Shown: in pieces, positions 28,826-38,525 of the stretch
How positions within the stretch are numbered: position 1 is the first letter of the stretch
How the letters are laid out: the number at the start of each line of letters is the position of its first letter
NCBI GenBank assembly: GCA_030603365.1
Contig: JAUVXV010000003.1
Span: 64,001 to 128,000 of the forward strand
Origin: Candidatus Heimdallarchaeota archaeon
GTDB lineage: Archaea > Asgardarchaeota > Heimdallarchaeia > Heimdallarchaeales > Heimdallarchaeaceae
DNA length: 64,000 bases
Reading direction: 5' to 3'
Program-made: the position numbers and the translations under genes
The notes under the pieces: generated by a model
The model's input: the letters and a program-made list of their open reading frames with translations, nothing else
What the model was told of the DNA's origin: nothing
Databases searched by the model: none

Positions 28826-31800
28826 ATGAAAAGAGTAGAATTAGGTAAAATTACTAGTATATTGTTAATAGCTTTATGTTTCAACTCAGTATTATATTAC
28901 AATATTTCAAATTCAAGAAATGAGGATTTCAATCCATTTTATCCTGGAACTGAGATCATCGATAATTCACCTCCTGATGATTATTTTTATGATGATTATG
29001 ATGATTACAACCCTTTTTCAAATAGAATAAAAACAGAAATATTTGAGGGAGATTATAAGACTCAAGCTTTCTTTAGTTTTAACACTTTTACAACAAATTT
29101 AGATGGTAATGGATCAGGTTATCAGTGGACAGAATATGATGCTATTCCAAGTCACAGTGCTGTTGGAATGGATGCTGAAAGATTTGGTACTGGTGATATA
29201 ACCAATGCGGTTGTACCTTCAGTCAATGATACCTACTACTTAATGGGAGCTGATTATTGGGGTTCTGGTAGATATGCGTTGATGTACAGCCCATTATTGA
29301 CATATGATACCACAATCTCCGATAAGGTTCATTATATCTTTAACATGCATAGAGACTTAAATGATGATCCATTCAATTCTCGATTTAATAATATGGATTC
29401 TACTCTCAAAATAACACTTTGGCATTTTGAAACATCAACTCTGACCTCAACAGAGATTACGTCAGTCGAATATCTTATGCCAAAAATTAATACACCTACT
29501 GATACAGAATATTGGGAATGGTTAGAAACAAATAGTTCATTTTCTTCTTATACAATTCCCGCAGGTGATAGGTTTAAGATCACTTATATGATGAAATATA
29601 ACGATGTGGGGGCAACTGCAGGGCATTATACACTTGATATTATGGCAGATGGACTATATTCAGATACCGGGATTTTAGGTACCAATCTTGATTGGACTAT
29701 AACTGATGGTGTTCATTCAAATAATTATGTTATTACAAGCACTGACGGTATGCTTGGAGTACAACTTTATATGATAGAGGAAAATACTCCTGATATTACA
29801 TTTTACAATGCAATCAATGATACCGTATATTATACTGCACAAGAAATGAATATTGATGTGACCCCTGGTTCAACCAGTTCATACAGATGGGATTATGGAA
29901 GTTGGCAAAGTTTCTCTACTTCAACCACCACCACTTTACCAGCTGTTCATGCTTGGCACTACTTAGAAATAAGAGCAAGTGAAACTGAATATAATAATAC
30001 CCGATATGAGTATTATCAATTTATTTATGATGCTTCAGAAACGAATTTTGAATTACATGCACCGTACACGAATGGTTCGACTATAACTGGAGGTATTTTG
30101 CTTAATTTTACAGTTTATTATGTGGATACGGCAACCTATGAGTGGGACAAAAACGGTACCCAATTTCCTCTAACAGATCCTTATGATATCATTACTCCTG
30201 ACTTTGAATTAGATCACAATATTACCATAAGAACCTCTGATTTCTATATGAATGAAACATTAAGGTATTTCTTCACATTTAATTCAGATCTACCTAGTGT
30301 GACACTTGATAATGTTTTGAATGGTGGAACATATGCACCTCTCAAAACAATAGATGTAGAAATCTTTGATTCAGTAGGAATAAAAGACGTCCAATATCAT
30401 TGGGATAGTGATTCTAATCTCACTTGGACACCAGCTACAGGTAATATCTATCGAACAAATCTCCCTCTTACTGATGGTGTTCATGTTCTGCATATTTATG
30501 CTTTAGACAATTACGATCAAGCGTTCTATACAAATTTTAATTTTATAACTGATAGTAACATTTTCTTAGTTGAATTACAGAATCTTTCTAACGATTCCTA
30601 TGTTCTGGGAGGAGAAACTGTCAAGATAACAATTCAGAAAAGCAATGGAACTGCTTATTTTGTGTGGGATAGTGGAGCGGTTAAAGTGGGGACAATAACA
30701 TCGCAAACAATGACATTAGCGGGAGCAAACAGCTTACCAACATCAGTAGGTTCACACAATCTTACAATAATTGCATTTGATACATTTGACGTTGAATATG
30801 TGTTCTATTTCAAGTTCATAGTTGACATAGAAGCTCCAAATATAGTACCTGACGAAATTTACAGTTTTAGACGCTATGTTTCTTCTGGCACTACAATGTA
30901 CTTTACAATTACGGATAATGAAGTTTTTGGGGAAAATCTTACAGTTCTGATATCAATTGATGGTACAGTAAATGAAACCTTGAGTGCTGGAGCTTATTTC
31001 TACAATTTAGATTATCTGGTTGATGGCACTCATAGTTTTTATCTCTATGCAATTGATCTTGCAGGGAATTCCGACATACTCTATGTCGAATTTACAATAG
31101 ATAACACCCCACCAGAACTTGAATATAAGATTCCAGAATTAGTTCCTCTAGGTAGCGATAATTATGTTCCTGGAAATGCTGAAGTGATAGTTACTGTCAG
31201 TGATGCTTATTCTGGTGTTATAACTTATTATACTTGGGGAGGAGAACAGCATACTTTTAACGAAAGCTTTGTACTGCCTGCCGAAAATGCCTCTGGAACA
31301 TTGATAATTTATGCATACGATGGGTTACACACTTCAACTAATATTACAAGTATAATTATAGATATCGAAGCTCCAAGTGTCACTCTTATCGGGATGACAA
31401 ATACAACAGAAGAAGTAAACTTTTATACAGCATTGTATTTTGAGACAAGTGATGATTTAGGAGACAATACGATAGAATTAGTTCGATATTCGTGGGACAT
31501 TCTCCCTGGTGCTTGGTATACTAGCTCTGAGCATGATTTTAATGTGTCAGTTATACCCTTCTATGAACATGAAGATAATGTTGTTTTCTATGTTTACATG
31601 AAAGATATTGTTGGAAATAATCACATTGAATGGTTCATATTTAAAATAGATGATGAACCACCTAATCTTGATTTAGAGTTTTACGATGCTTCCGAAGAGA
31701 AATGGTTGGATATTGGTGATTCATTCTTTGCTCAAAGCAATCAAACAATAAGATACAATTCTTATGTAAATGAACCGGGAGAATTAATAACCTTTAATTA

Positions 31801-33586
31801 TTATTGGGCTCATAAAGGTCCTGAGGAATACAAAGGTTCCTTGAATGTAACAGAAGAATATCCAACGTTTGAAACACCCGAAACAGATGGTAATTATACT
31901 TTGGTAGTTATATTAATTGATAATGTAAACAATGAAATTAGTTTTAATATCACTTTCTTGATTGATAATATAGTTTTAACTTTTAATAGACCTGATGATT
32001 TTGACGAGAGTACAAATGCGTATGTCAATACTACAAGTTTGATTTATGGTGAGAATGTCAGTTATATTGTAGAAGTCACAGATTCTCTTACTCATTCAGA
32101 GATAGTAGGTCTTAAAATAAATCTTAATAATTCAGCTTTTGATTTCATTGTTAATGTTACAAAACTTGATAGTATTACTTATGAAATTCTAATTGTAGCT
32201 AACAATGTCACTGATAGTATTTTTGCTAAAATAGAAATTCAATTCTATAAATGGGAAGAGAGTAAACAATATATCCAAATCTACTTGAAGGTGGATAAAA
32301 AAGAAGGATCTCTTTTCATTCATCAAAGTAGTGTTGATACAGTTACCTATGGAGAGATTATTCCTGTCATAATATATCTTCAAAATGACTTAGGTTTAAA
32401 TGAGACAATTCTGTCTATAGTAGTTAATGGATTGATTACTGATATCAAAATTTTAGGTGATGGGTTGTATCAATTTAACTTCTCATCCACCGCACTAACT
32501 AGTAAAGGAAATCATACTCTGGACATTCAAGTTCAATCTGAGTTCTTTTATGGTTCGAACAGTGTTTTTACAATTGAGGTTTTACCAATTCAGTCTCAGA
32601 TATCAGTTGAAGTTACGAGTTATGAAGTACTAGAAGAATCACAAGTAGTTATCAGAGGTTTACTAACAGCAGACGATGGAACACCTCTTTCTGACCAAGA
32701 AATACTGGTTTATGTTTATATTGTTGAAGAATCAAATGGAAGACTTGTCTATGCTTTGAATATAGACGATTATGATGATTATAGAATTATTACAGTGTAT
32801 ACAGATGCTGATGGTTACTTTACTGCATCTTTCCAGATGTATGAGGGAATAGAGTATATTGACATAGAAGTATTCTATGATGGTAATAATCATCATGATA
32901 TCTCCTCTTCTGTTCTAGATGCTTCTGTTTATTCAATGAAACCTCCAGGACTTCCATCTTGGTTATTATATACAATTATTGGTGGAAGCGTGCTTTTGGG
33001 TTTGATTGTTTCACTAATTATATACAAGATAGTTAAACCTAAACCATTTGAAGCTTTAATGGAAAAAATAACAGATGAACAAATAGCACTAAATTATTCT
33101 ATTATGTCTCCAGGTGTTGTTCTTTCCATTTTTGATCAAAGAAAAGGACCTGTACCTCTAGTAATGGATCATAGTTTAGAGCTAGGACAGTATGTAGGAC
33201 GACTAAGAATGGGGACAGAGAATTTCATACTTAAAATCTCTGACCAGGCATACAGCTCGCTTGGTTTCGAAGAACATGATACAGGTCGTAGAGTTGGTTC
33301 TATTGTTCTACCAGGAGAAAAAATGGTGGGATGGGTACATGGAATACAACTACCAAATGAAACCGCAAGAGGGGGATTTGAAAATCTTTCATTAATCGTT
33401 CTAGCAGATTCAGAATATAGTAATTTACTATTAAATTATCAAGATTACTTATACGATGAAGCAGACAAGTTAGTTGAAGTTCTAAAGGCAAAAAACCAGC
33501 TCGATAATATTAAAATCATTATAGAGGGAATAAGGAAGAAATCAGTAATAATAATGCTAGCAGCGCAAGGGATAGAAGAGAAATAA
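28826..33586 (+). CDS. Giant single-pass surface protein: signal peptide, Ig-like repeats, TM, cytoplasmic uDENN/longin-like domain (paralog A)
   Basis: Repeating YxWD...GxHxLxIxAxD...D..P units; TM WLLYTIIGG...IIY; tail with IFDQRKGP and LPNETARGG. Confidence 0.75.
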   Translation: MKRVELGKITSILLIALCFNSVLYYNISNSRNEDFNPFYPGTEIIDNSPPDDYFYDDYDDYNPFSNRIKTEIFEGDYKTQAFFSFNTFTTNLDGNGSGYQWTEYDAIPSHSAVGMDAERFGTGDITNAVVPSVNDTYYLMGADYWGSGRYALMYSPLLTYDTTISDKVHYIFNMHRDLNDDPFNSRFNNMDSTLKITLWHFETSTLTSTEITSVEYLMPKINTPTDTEYWEWLETNSSFSSYTIPAGDRFKITYMMKYNDVGATAGHYTLDIMADGLYSDTGILGTNLDWTITDGVHSNNYVITSTDGMLGVQLYMIEENTPDITFYNAINDTVYYTAQEMNIDVTPGSTSSYRWDYGSWQSFSTSTTTTLPAVHAWHYLEIRASETEYNNTRYEYYQFIYDASETNFELHAPYTNGSTITGGILLNFTVYYVDTATYEWDKNGTQFPLTDPYDIITPDFELDHNITIRTSDFYMNETLRYFFTFNSDLPSVTLDNVLNGGTYAPLKTIDVEIFDSVGIKDVQYHWDSDSNLTWTPATGNIYRTNLPLTDGVHVLHIYALDNYDQAFYTNFNFITDSNIFLVELQNLSNDSYVLGGETVKITIQKSNGTAYFVWDSGAVKVGTITSQTMTLAGANSLPTSVGSHNLTIIAFDTFDVEYVFYFKFIVDIEAPNIVPDEIYSFRRYVSSGTTMYFTITDNEVFGENLTVLISIDGTVNETLSAGAYFYNLDYLVDGTHSFYLYAIDLAGNSDILYVEFTIDNTPPELEYKIPELVPLGSDNYVPGNAEVIVTVSDAYSGVITYYTWGGEQHTFNESFVLPAENASGTLIIYAYDGLHTSTNITSIIIDIEAPSVTLIGMTNTTEEVNFYTALYFETSDDLGDNTIELVRYSWDILPGAWYTSSEHDFNVSVIPFYEHEDNVVFYVYMKDIVGNNHIEWFIFKIDDEPPNLDLEFYDASEEKWLDIGDSFFAQSNQTIRYNSYVNEPGELITFNYYWAHKGPEEYKGSLNVTEEYPTFETPETDGNYTLVVILIDNVNNEISFNITFLIDNIVLTFNRPDDFDESTNAYVNTTSLIYGENVSYIVEVTDSLTHSEIVGLKINLNNSAFDFIVNVTKLDSITYEILIVANNVTDSIFAKIEIQFYKWEESKQYIQIYLKVDKKEGSLFIHQSSVDTVTYGEIIPVIIYLQNDLGLNETILSIVVNGLITDIKILGDGLYQFNFSSTALTSKGNHTLDIQVQSEFFYGSNSVFTIEVLPIQSQISVEVTSYEVLEESQVVIRGLLTADDGTPLSDQEILVYVYIVEESNGRLVYALNIDDYDDYRIITVYTDADGYFTASFQMYEGIEYIDIEVFYDGNNHHDISSSVLDASVYSMKPPGLPSWLLYTIIGGSVLLGLIVSLIIYKIVKPKPFEALMEKITDEQIALNYSIMSPGVVLSIFDQRKGPVPLVMDHSLELGQYVGRLRMGTENFILKISDQAYSSLGFEEHDTGRRVGSIVLPGEKMVGWVHGIQLPNETARGGFENLSLIVLADSEYSNLLLNYQDYLYDEADKLVEVLKAKNQLDNIKIIIEGIRKKSVIIMLAAQGIEEK

Positions 33587-33600
33587 GAAGGAGGATTAAA

Positions 33601-36600
33601 ATGACTAGAAATAACAACAAGATTTTTGGACTAATACTTATAATTTTATGTTTTAATACAGTGACCCATCAAGAGATTCTAAACACAGAATCAACTAACT
33701 CTGATGTTGAAAACCTATTGAATGATCCTCCTTATACTCCAAGTTTTCCAGGCTATGTAGACAAAGCTGAAAATCCTGATGATAGTTCACTTATAACAAA
33801 TACCGAAATCGAGGGAGAGTTTCAAACTTTAGCATTTTTCCCTGGTGGAACAGGTAAAATTTATGGGGAATCTCGAGTAGGTGAGACCCTGATCAATGAT
33901 CCAGCAGGTGAGGATCCATATGATAGAAGAAATATTTTTGAATGGGTTACCTACGACGATATCAAAGATGATGGAACATTAAATAAAGAGATGTACTGGA
34001 GAGCTCTGAGTGATGAACCTCTTACTTGGCCGAATTCTACAGATTGGTTCTACATGAGAGAGAGAAATTCTCCACATGAACCTTCCAAAATTTATAGTCC
34101 AGTTTTCACAGAGGACTATGAAATCACAGGAAGAGTCTACTGGTTATCTTGGTTTGAATCAAATGACGATCCTCCTTTTTCAGAAGCAATAAACATTGGT
34201 TATCGTCAGAGTCTTTACCTCTTCAACCCAGCAGATCCTTCCAATCCCACTTTACTTGCTAGTATACAGAGTATATATTATGAACCTAACATCTGGGCAG
34301 GTCAAAGAACACACTTTGCAGATTTAGTTGGAACTACACTAATTCCTGCTGGTTATAGATTAAGATGGGATATTGAAATACGGTTCAGTTTAGTTCCTTC
34401 AGCAGGATCTTTTCTCCAGTATACTGGTTACCTACATACTGGTGGTGGTTCAACAACATGGACAATCGATGATCCTGATCCAATTTATGATAGCACATAT
34501 ACAATTAATAATGTGACAAGGATGTCAGGAATTCAACTTAGAATGCGTTCTAAAGGATATCCTACCATAAATGTGTTAGGAGCGACTGACAATGCTGTTT
34601 ATCAGGTTCTTCAGAATATGACTATCGATGTGACTGATGGTTCGATAAGTTCATATCAGTGGAATGGTGGAAGTTGGACTTCTTTTAGTGATTTAACGAC
34701 CACTTCTCTTCCTGATAATCATGGTTGGAATGAACTTGAAATAAAAGCAAGTGATCCAGTTTTTAACAACACAAAGATTGTTACTTATATCTTTGGATAT
34801 GATAAGTCCTTGATTAATGTTGTACTTAATAGTCCTCTTACGAATGGGTCGACTATAACGGGTGGAACTACCATTGATTTGGATGTTTTCAGTGTAAACC
34901 TAACAGAATACATGTGGGATAATAATGGAACGTGGGTTCTTTTAGAGAGTCCATATAACATAAGCGCTCCAGATTTTGATGGAGAACACATACTAACAGT
35001 TCGAACATCTGATTTCTACACTATTGAATCTGTTGTCTATATTTTTGTTTTCGATTCTACTAATCCAATAATTCAGTTATATAATGTAGTCAATGATACA
35101 ACGCATGCCCCCAACAAAGTAATTGAGTTCAATATTACAGATAATTCTGCTATTCAAACTGCTTACTATAATTGGGATTCAGGAACTGATCAATTATGGA
35201 CACCTGCACAAGGAACCATTTATCAAACTAGCCTACCAATAGGTATTGGATATCATGAACTAGTTACAAAAGCAAATGATACATTCGGTCATTATACTGA
35301 ACAATTCTATCGGTTTTATACAGATGATCAGTTGTTCTTATTAGAACTTGCTGAATTACGTAATGATTCTTATTATCTAGGTGGAGATGATGTTGTTATT
35401 AACGTTCAAAAAAGTAATGGAACCATTAAATATGTCTGGGATAGTGGTACTATCAAAGACGGGAGTATCATTGCATCTCAAATGACACTAACAGGTGTAG
35501 ATGCTATGCCTACTACAGCAGGTCCCCATAATTTAACAATTATAACTTTTGATCTTATAGGGACAATGTATGTTTTTTACTTTAACTTCATTGTAGACCT
35601 TGAAGCTCCAATCATAGATGGTTCAATAGTTTCTCTCTATAACGACACAAGATTTACGACTGATAACACAATGGAATTTATTATAACTGATAATTATACC
35701 CGAACAAACCAACTTATTATCTATATATCAATTGATGGTAAAGCTAACCAAACCCTTAACTCTCCTTTTGAATTACATCTCTATACATTTAACGATGCTA
35801 CTCACTATTTCACAATATATGTCTATGATTTAGCAGGTAATTACGCTATTCAGACCATCTTCTTCCATATTGATACTCTTGCACCTATAATTGAAATAGA
35901 TATCCCAAGTATGATTGTTTTTCAAGAAACGAATTATGTTACAACAGGGGCAGAAGTTATAGTTACTGTAGATGATTTAGATCCTCTTGTTGATACATTT
36001 TACTCTTGGTCAGGAGCTGCTAATTCAAGCTTCTCAGGAAGTATAACTTTAAGTTATGGAGATAGTACAGGTGATCTTCTAATATTCGCAAATGATTCGT
36101 TGGGACATCTTGATTATTATACTATTATTCTAATTATAGACAATACAGCCCCACAATTATTCCTTTCCTCCCCAAATGTGCTTGATGAAATTAATAGATT
36201 TACTGACCTCGAATTCGATATCAATGAAGAGAATATCCAAACAGTTAACTCTATTGGATATTATTGGGATAAATTGCCTTTTTATTATTTCAATACAACA
36301 TACGATAGTTACGATAGCTTTGCACTAAGAATTCCTTCCCTTTTCTTCGATGGACCAGGTGCATATGTAACAGGAAATACTGCAACTCTTGTAATAGAAC
36401 TTTATGACATCCTAGGACATTCTGTATTTGGTAGTTTCGATTTTATTATAGACAGAGATGCTCCTATTCCTGGTTTATACCTGAATGAAAGTGGTGTAAT
36501 AACGCAATTGGAAGAAGGAATCATTTATACAAGTTTAGGCGAAACACCTCTTCTGTATAAGAATGATACAAATGATGACATAGCGGATTTATACTGGATT

Positions 36601-38427
36601 TGGGATGATGACGATGCAACAGGTGATTCATTAGAATTTGGTGGTATTTTAACTGGTGGATATTTGCTAGTAGATATTGTGCCACCAGAAGATGGCCGTC
36701 ATTATCTAAGAGTAGTTTTAACAGATAATACGATAAGTAGTCAACCAAATTTTATAGAATATATTTTCAACATTACTGTAAATGATATTAATATTGATAT
36801 TACTGAACCTAATCCTGAAATGTGGGTTGAGGAAGCAGATTTCTTGTCTTACCATCATAGAATGAACTATACTGATTCATTTAGTTTTACTGTTAATATC
36901 ACAGATACAGTAGATGGTTTAGAAATTCCAGATTTGCAAAATAGAACTATTTCAAGAGTATATAATCTCTTAGCAAGCATTGTTCAACTTGACAATACTA
37001 TCTATGAATGTACTATTGTAGCTACTAATGTTACAAATGGTCTTGAAACACATATAGATTTTGAATTTTACTTAATCGACGGTGGTTCTCAGAAGCTAAG
37101 GTTTTACTTGATTGTAGATAAAAAACTTGGTAGTCTGGAAATACTTGATAAAACAGAACTTACAGTTCAATACGATGAGGATATCGATGTTTACATTGGG
37201 TTAAAAGATCATCTTAGTCAAAATCTTTCAATTATTTATGTTGAAGTCAACTCTCTGATTACTAGTTTTTACAATATAGAAAATACTACAGAATTCTGGT
37301 TCAGATATTCAACACATGGGTTAGAAGAAGGAGAGCATGCAATTACCATTTATGCAGAGAGTACATTTTATTATGCAAAATTGGAAGGTAATTTGACTTT
37401 CGAATTTACAGTCACTCCACTACCCATTTTCATAGATATACAAGTCTCCAATTCTACTGTTTTAGAAGGAACAGAATTTACAATAACTGCAGCATTAACC
37501 TTCCAAAATGGAACAGGATTTGCTGGACAACTTTTACACTTCTTTGTATACTCATATTCGTATGAAACAACAACAGGAGAAGTTTCAGCAGCAATCCCAA
37601 CAAATTATACAACTTATATTATATCAAACAGAACAACCAACATCAATGGTATAGCAACCATAATATTTACTATGTCAACTGAAATTGATTATGTCCTTAT
37701 TGCAGTTACTTATGATGGTGGTGATTTTGTTGACACTTCATACTCTGAATTTGATGAGAAGGTAGTTAAAATTTTTCTACCTGGTTTTCCAAGTTGGTTA
37801 CTTTATACTTTGATTGGTGGAAGTCTATTTGTAATTTTAATAATCTCCCTCATTGTTTATCGAGTAACACGAGGTAAACCATTCGAAGAAGTAATGGAAA
37901 TCGTAACAATTGATGAGATAAAAGAACGATATGAGACTTTATCACCTGGCGTGATTCTAACAATATTTGATCAGAAAAAAGGACCAATACCTCTTATTGC
38001 ATCTCATTCTCTAGACACAACTAGATATCTTGGTCGTATGCAGATTGGTGTTGAAAATTTTATGCTTAAAATAGCTGATCAAGCTTATAGCTCTCTAGGT
38101 TTTGAGGAGCATGATGTTGGAAGAAGAGTAGGTTCGATAATTCTTCCTACAGAGAAGATGATAGGATTTGTTCATGGTGTTCAACTCCCTAATAAGATGG
38201 CTCGAGGTGGTTTTGAAAATCTATCATTAATTGTTCTTGCAGATTCGGAATTTGGTAACTTATTACTAAATTATCAAGAATATATTTATGATGAAATTGA
38301 TGTTATTATTGAAGCTTTGAAGACTAAGAAGCATTTGAAACAAGTTGAAGAATTACTGCGAATAGTTAGACATAAATCAGTTAAGGTCATGCTTACCGCA
38401 GAAAAAGTTGAACAAAAGAAAGGATAA
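33601..38427 (+). CDS. Giant single-pass surface protein with cytoplasmic uDENN/longin-like domain (paralog B)
   Basis: Same architecture; tail with IFDQKKGP and LPNKMARGG; GGAGG before the ATG. Confidence 0.75.
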   Translation: MTRNNNKIFGLILIILCFNTVTHQEILNTESTNSDVENLLNDPPYTPSFPGYVDKAENPDDSSLITNTEIEGEFQTLAFFPGGTGKIYGESRVGETLINDPAGEDPYDRRNIFEWVTYDDIKDDGTLNKEMYWRALSDEPLTWPNSTDWFYMRERNSPHEPSKIYSPVFTEDYEITGRVYWLSWFESNDDPPFSEAINIGYRQSLYLFNPADPSNPTLLASIQSIYYEPNIWAGQRTHFADLVGTTLIPAGYRLRWDIEIRFSLVPSAGSFLQYTGYLHTGGGSTTWTIDDPDPIYDSTYTINNVTRMSGIQLRMRSKGYPTINVLGATDNAVYQVLQNMTIDVTDGSISSYQWNGGSWTSFSDLTTTSLPDNHGWNELEIKASDPVFNNTKIVTYIFGYDKSLINVVLNSPLTNGSTITGGTTIDLDVFSVNLTEYMWDNNGTWVLLESPYNISAPDFDGEHILTVRTSDFYTIESVVYIFVFDSTNPIIQLYNVVNDTTHAPNKVIEFNITDNSAIQTAYYNWDSGTDQLWTPAQGTIYQTSLPIGIGYHELVTKANDTFGHYTEQFYRFYTDDQLFLLELAELRNDSYYLGGDDVVINVQKSNGTIKYVWDSGTIKDGSIIASQMTLTGVDAMPTTAGPHNLTIITFDLIGTMYVFYFNFIVDLEAPIIDGSIVSLYNDTRFTTDNTMEFIITDNYTRTNQLIIYISIDGKANQTLNSPFELHLYTFNDATHYFTIYVYDLAGNYAIQTIFFHIDTLAPIIEIDIPSMIVFQETNYVTTGAEVIVTVDDLDPLVDTFYSWSGAANSSFSGSITLSYGDSTGDLLIFANDSLGHLDYYTIILIIDNTAPQLFLSSPNVLDEINRFTDLEFDINEENIQTVNSIGYYWDKLPFYYFNTTYDSYDSFALRIPSLFFDGPGAYVTGNTATLVIELYDILGHSVFGSFDFIIDRDAPIPGLYLNESGVITQLEEGIIYTSLGETPLLYKNDTNDDIADLYWIWDDDDATGDSLEFGGILTGGYLLVDIVPPEDGRHYLRVVLTDNTISSQPNFIEYIFNITVNDINIDITEPNPEMWVEEADFLSYHHRMNYTDSFSFTVNITDTVDGLEIPDLQNRTISRVYNLLASIVQLDNTIYECTIVATNVTNGLETHIDFEFYLIDGGSQKLRFYLIVDKKLGSLEILDKTELTVQYDEDIDVYIGLKDHLSQNLSIIYVEVNSLITSFYNIENTTEFWFRYSTHGLEEGEHAITIYAESTFYYAKLEGNLTFEFTVTPLPIFIDIQVSNSTVLEGTEFTITAALTFQNGTGFAGQLLHFFVYSYSYETTTGEVSAAIPTNYTTYIISNRTTNINGIATIIFTMSTEIDYVLIAVTYDGGDFVDTSYSEFDEKVVKIFLPGFPSWLLYTLIGGSLFVILIISLIVYRVTRGKPFEEVMEIVTIDEIKERYETLSPGVILTIFDQKKGPIPLIASHSLDTTRYLGRMQIGVENFMLKIADQAYSSLGFEEHDVGRRVGSIILPTEKMIGFVHGVQLPNKMARGGFENLSLIVLADSEFGNLLLNYQEYIYDEIDVIIEALKTKKHLKQVEELLRIVRHKSVKVMLTAEKVEQKKG

Positions 38428-38525
38428 TTCTTCTTCTTTTTACCGCCTTTATCGATATATTATTATTGTATTTTCCGACAATTATCATAAAGGTTATATT
38501 AACACTAGTAATTAGAGGCTCAATT

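Noticed and set aside
28826-38427. DGR target or nucleotide-level repeat array
   Set aside because: No reverse transcriptase or TR/VR pair; repeats are visible only at protein level.
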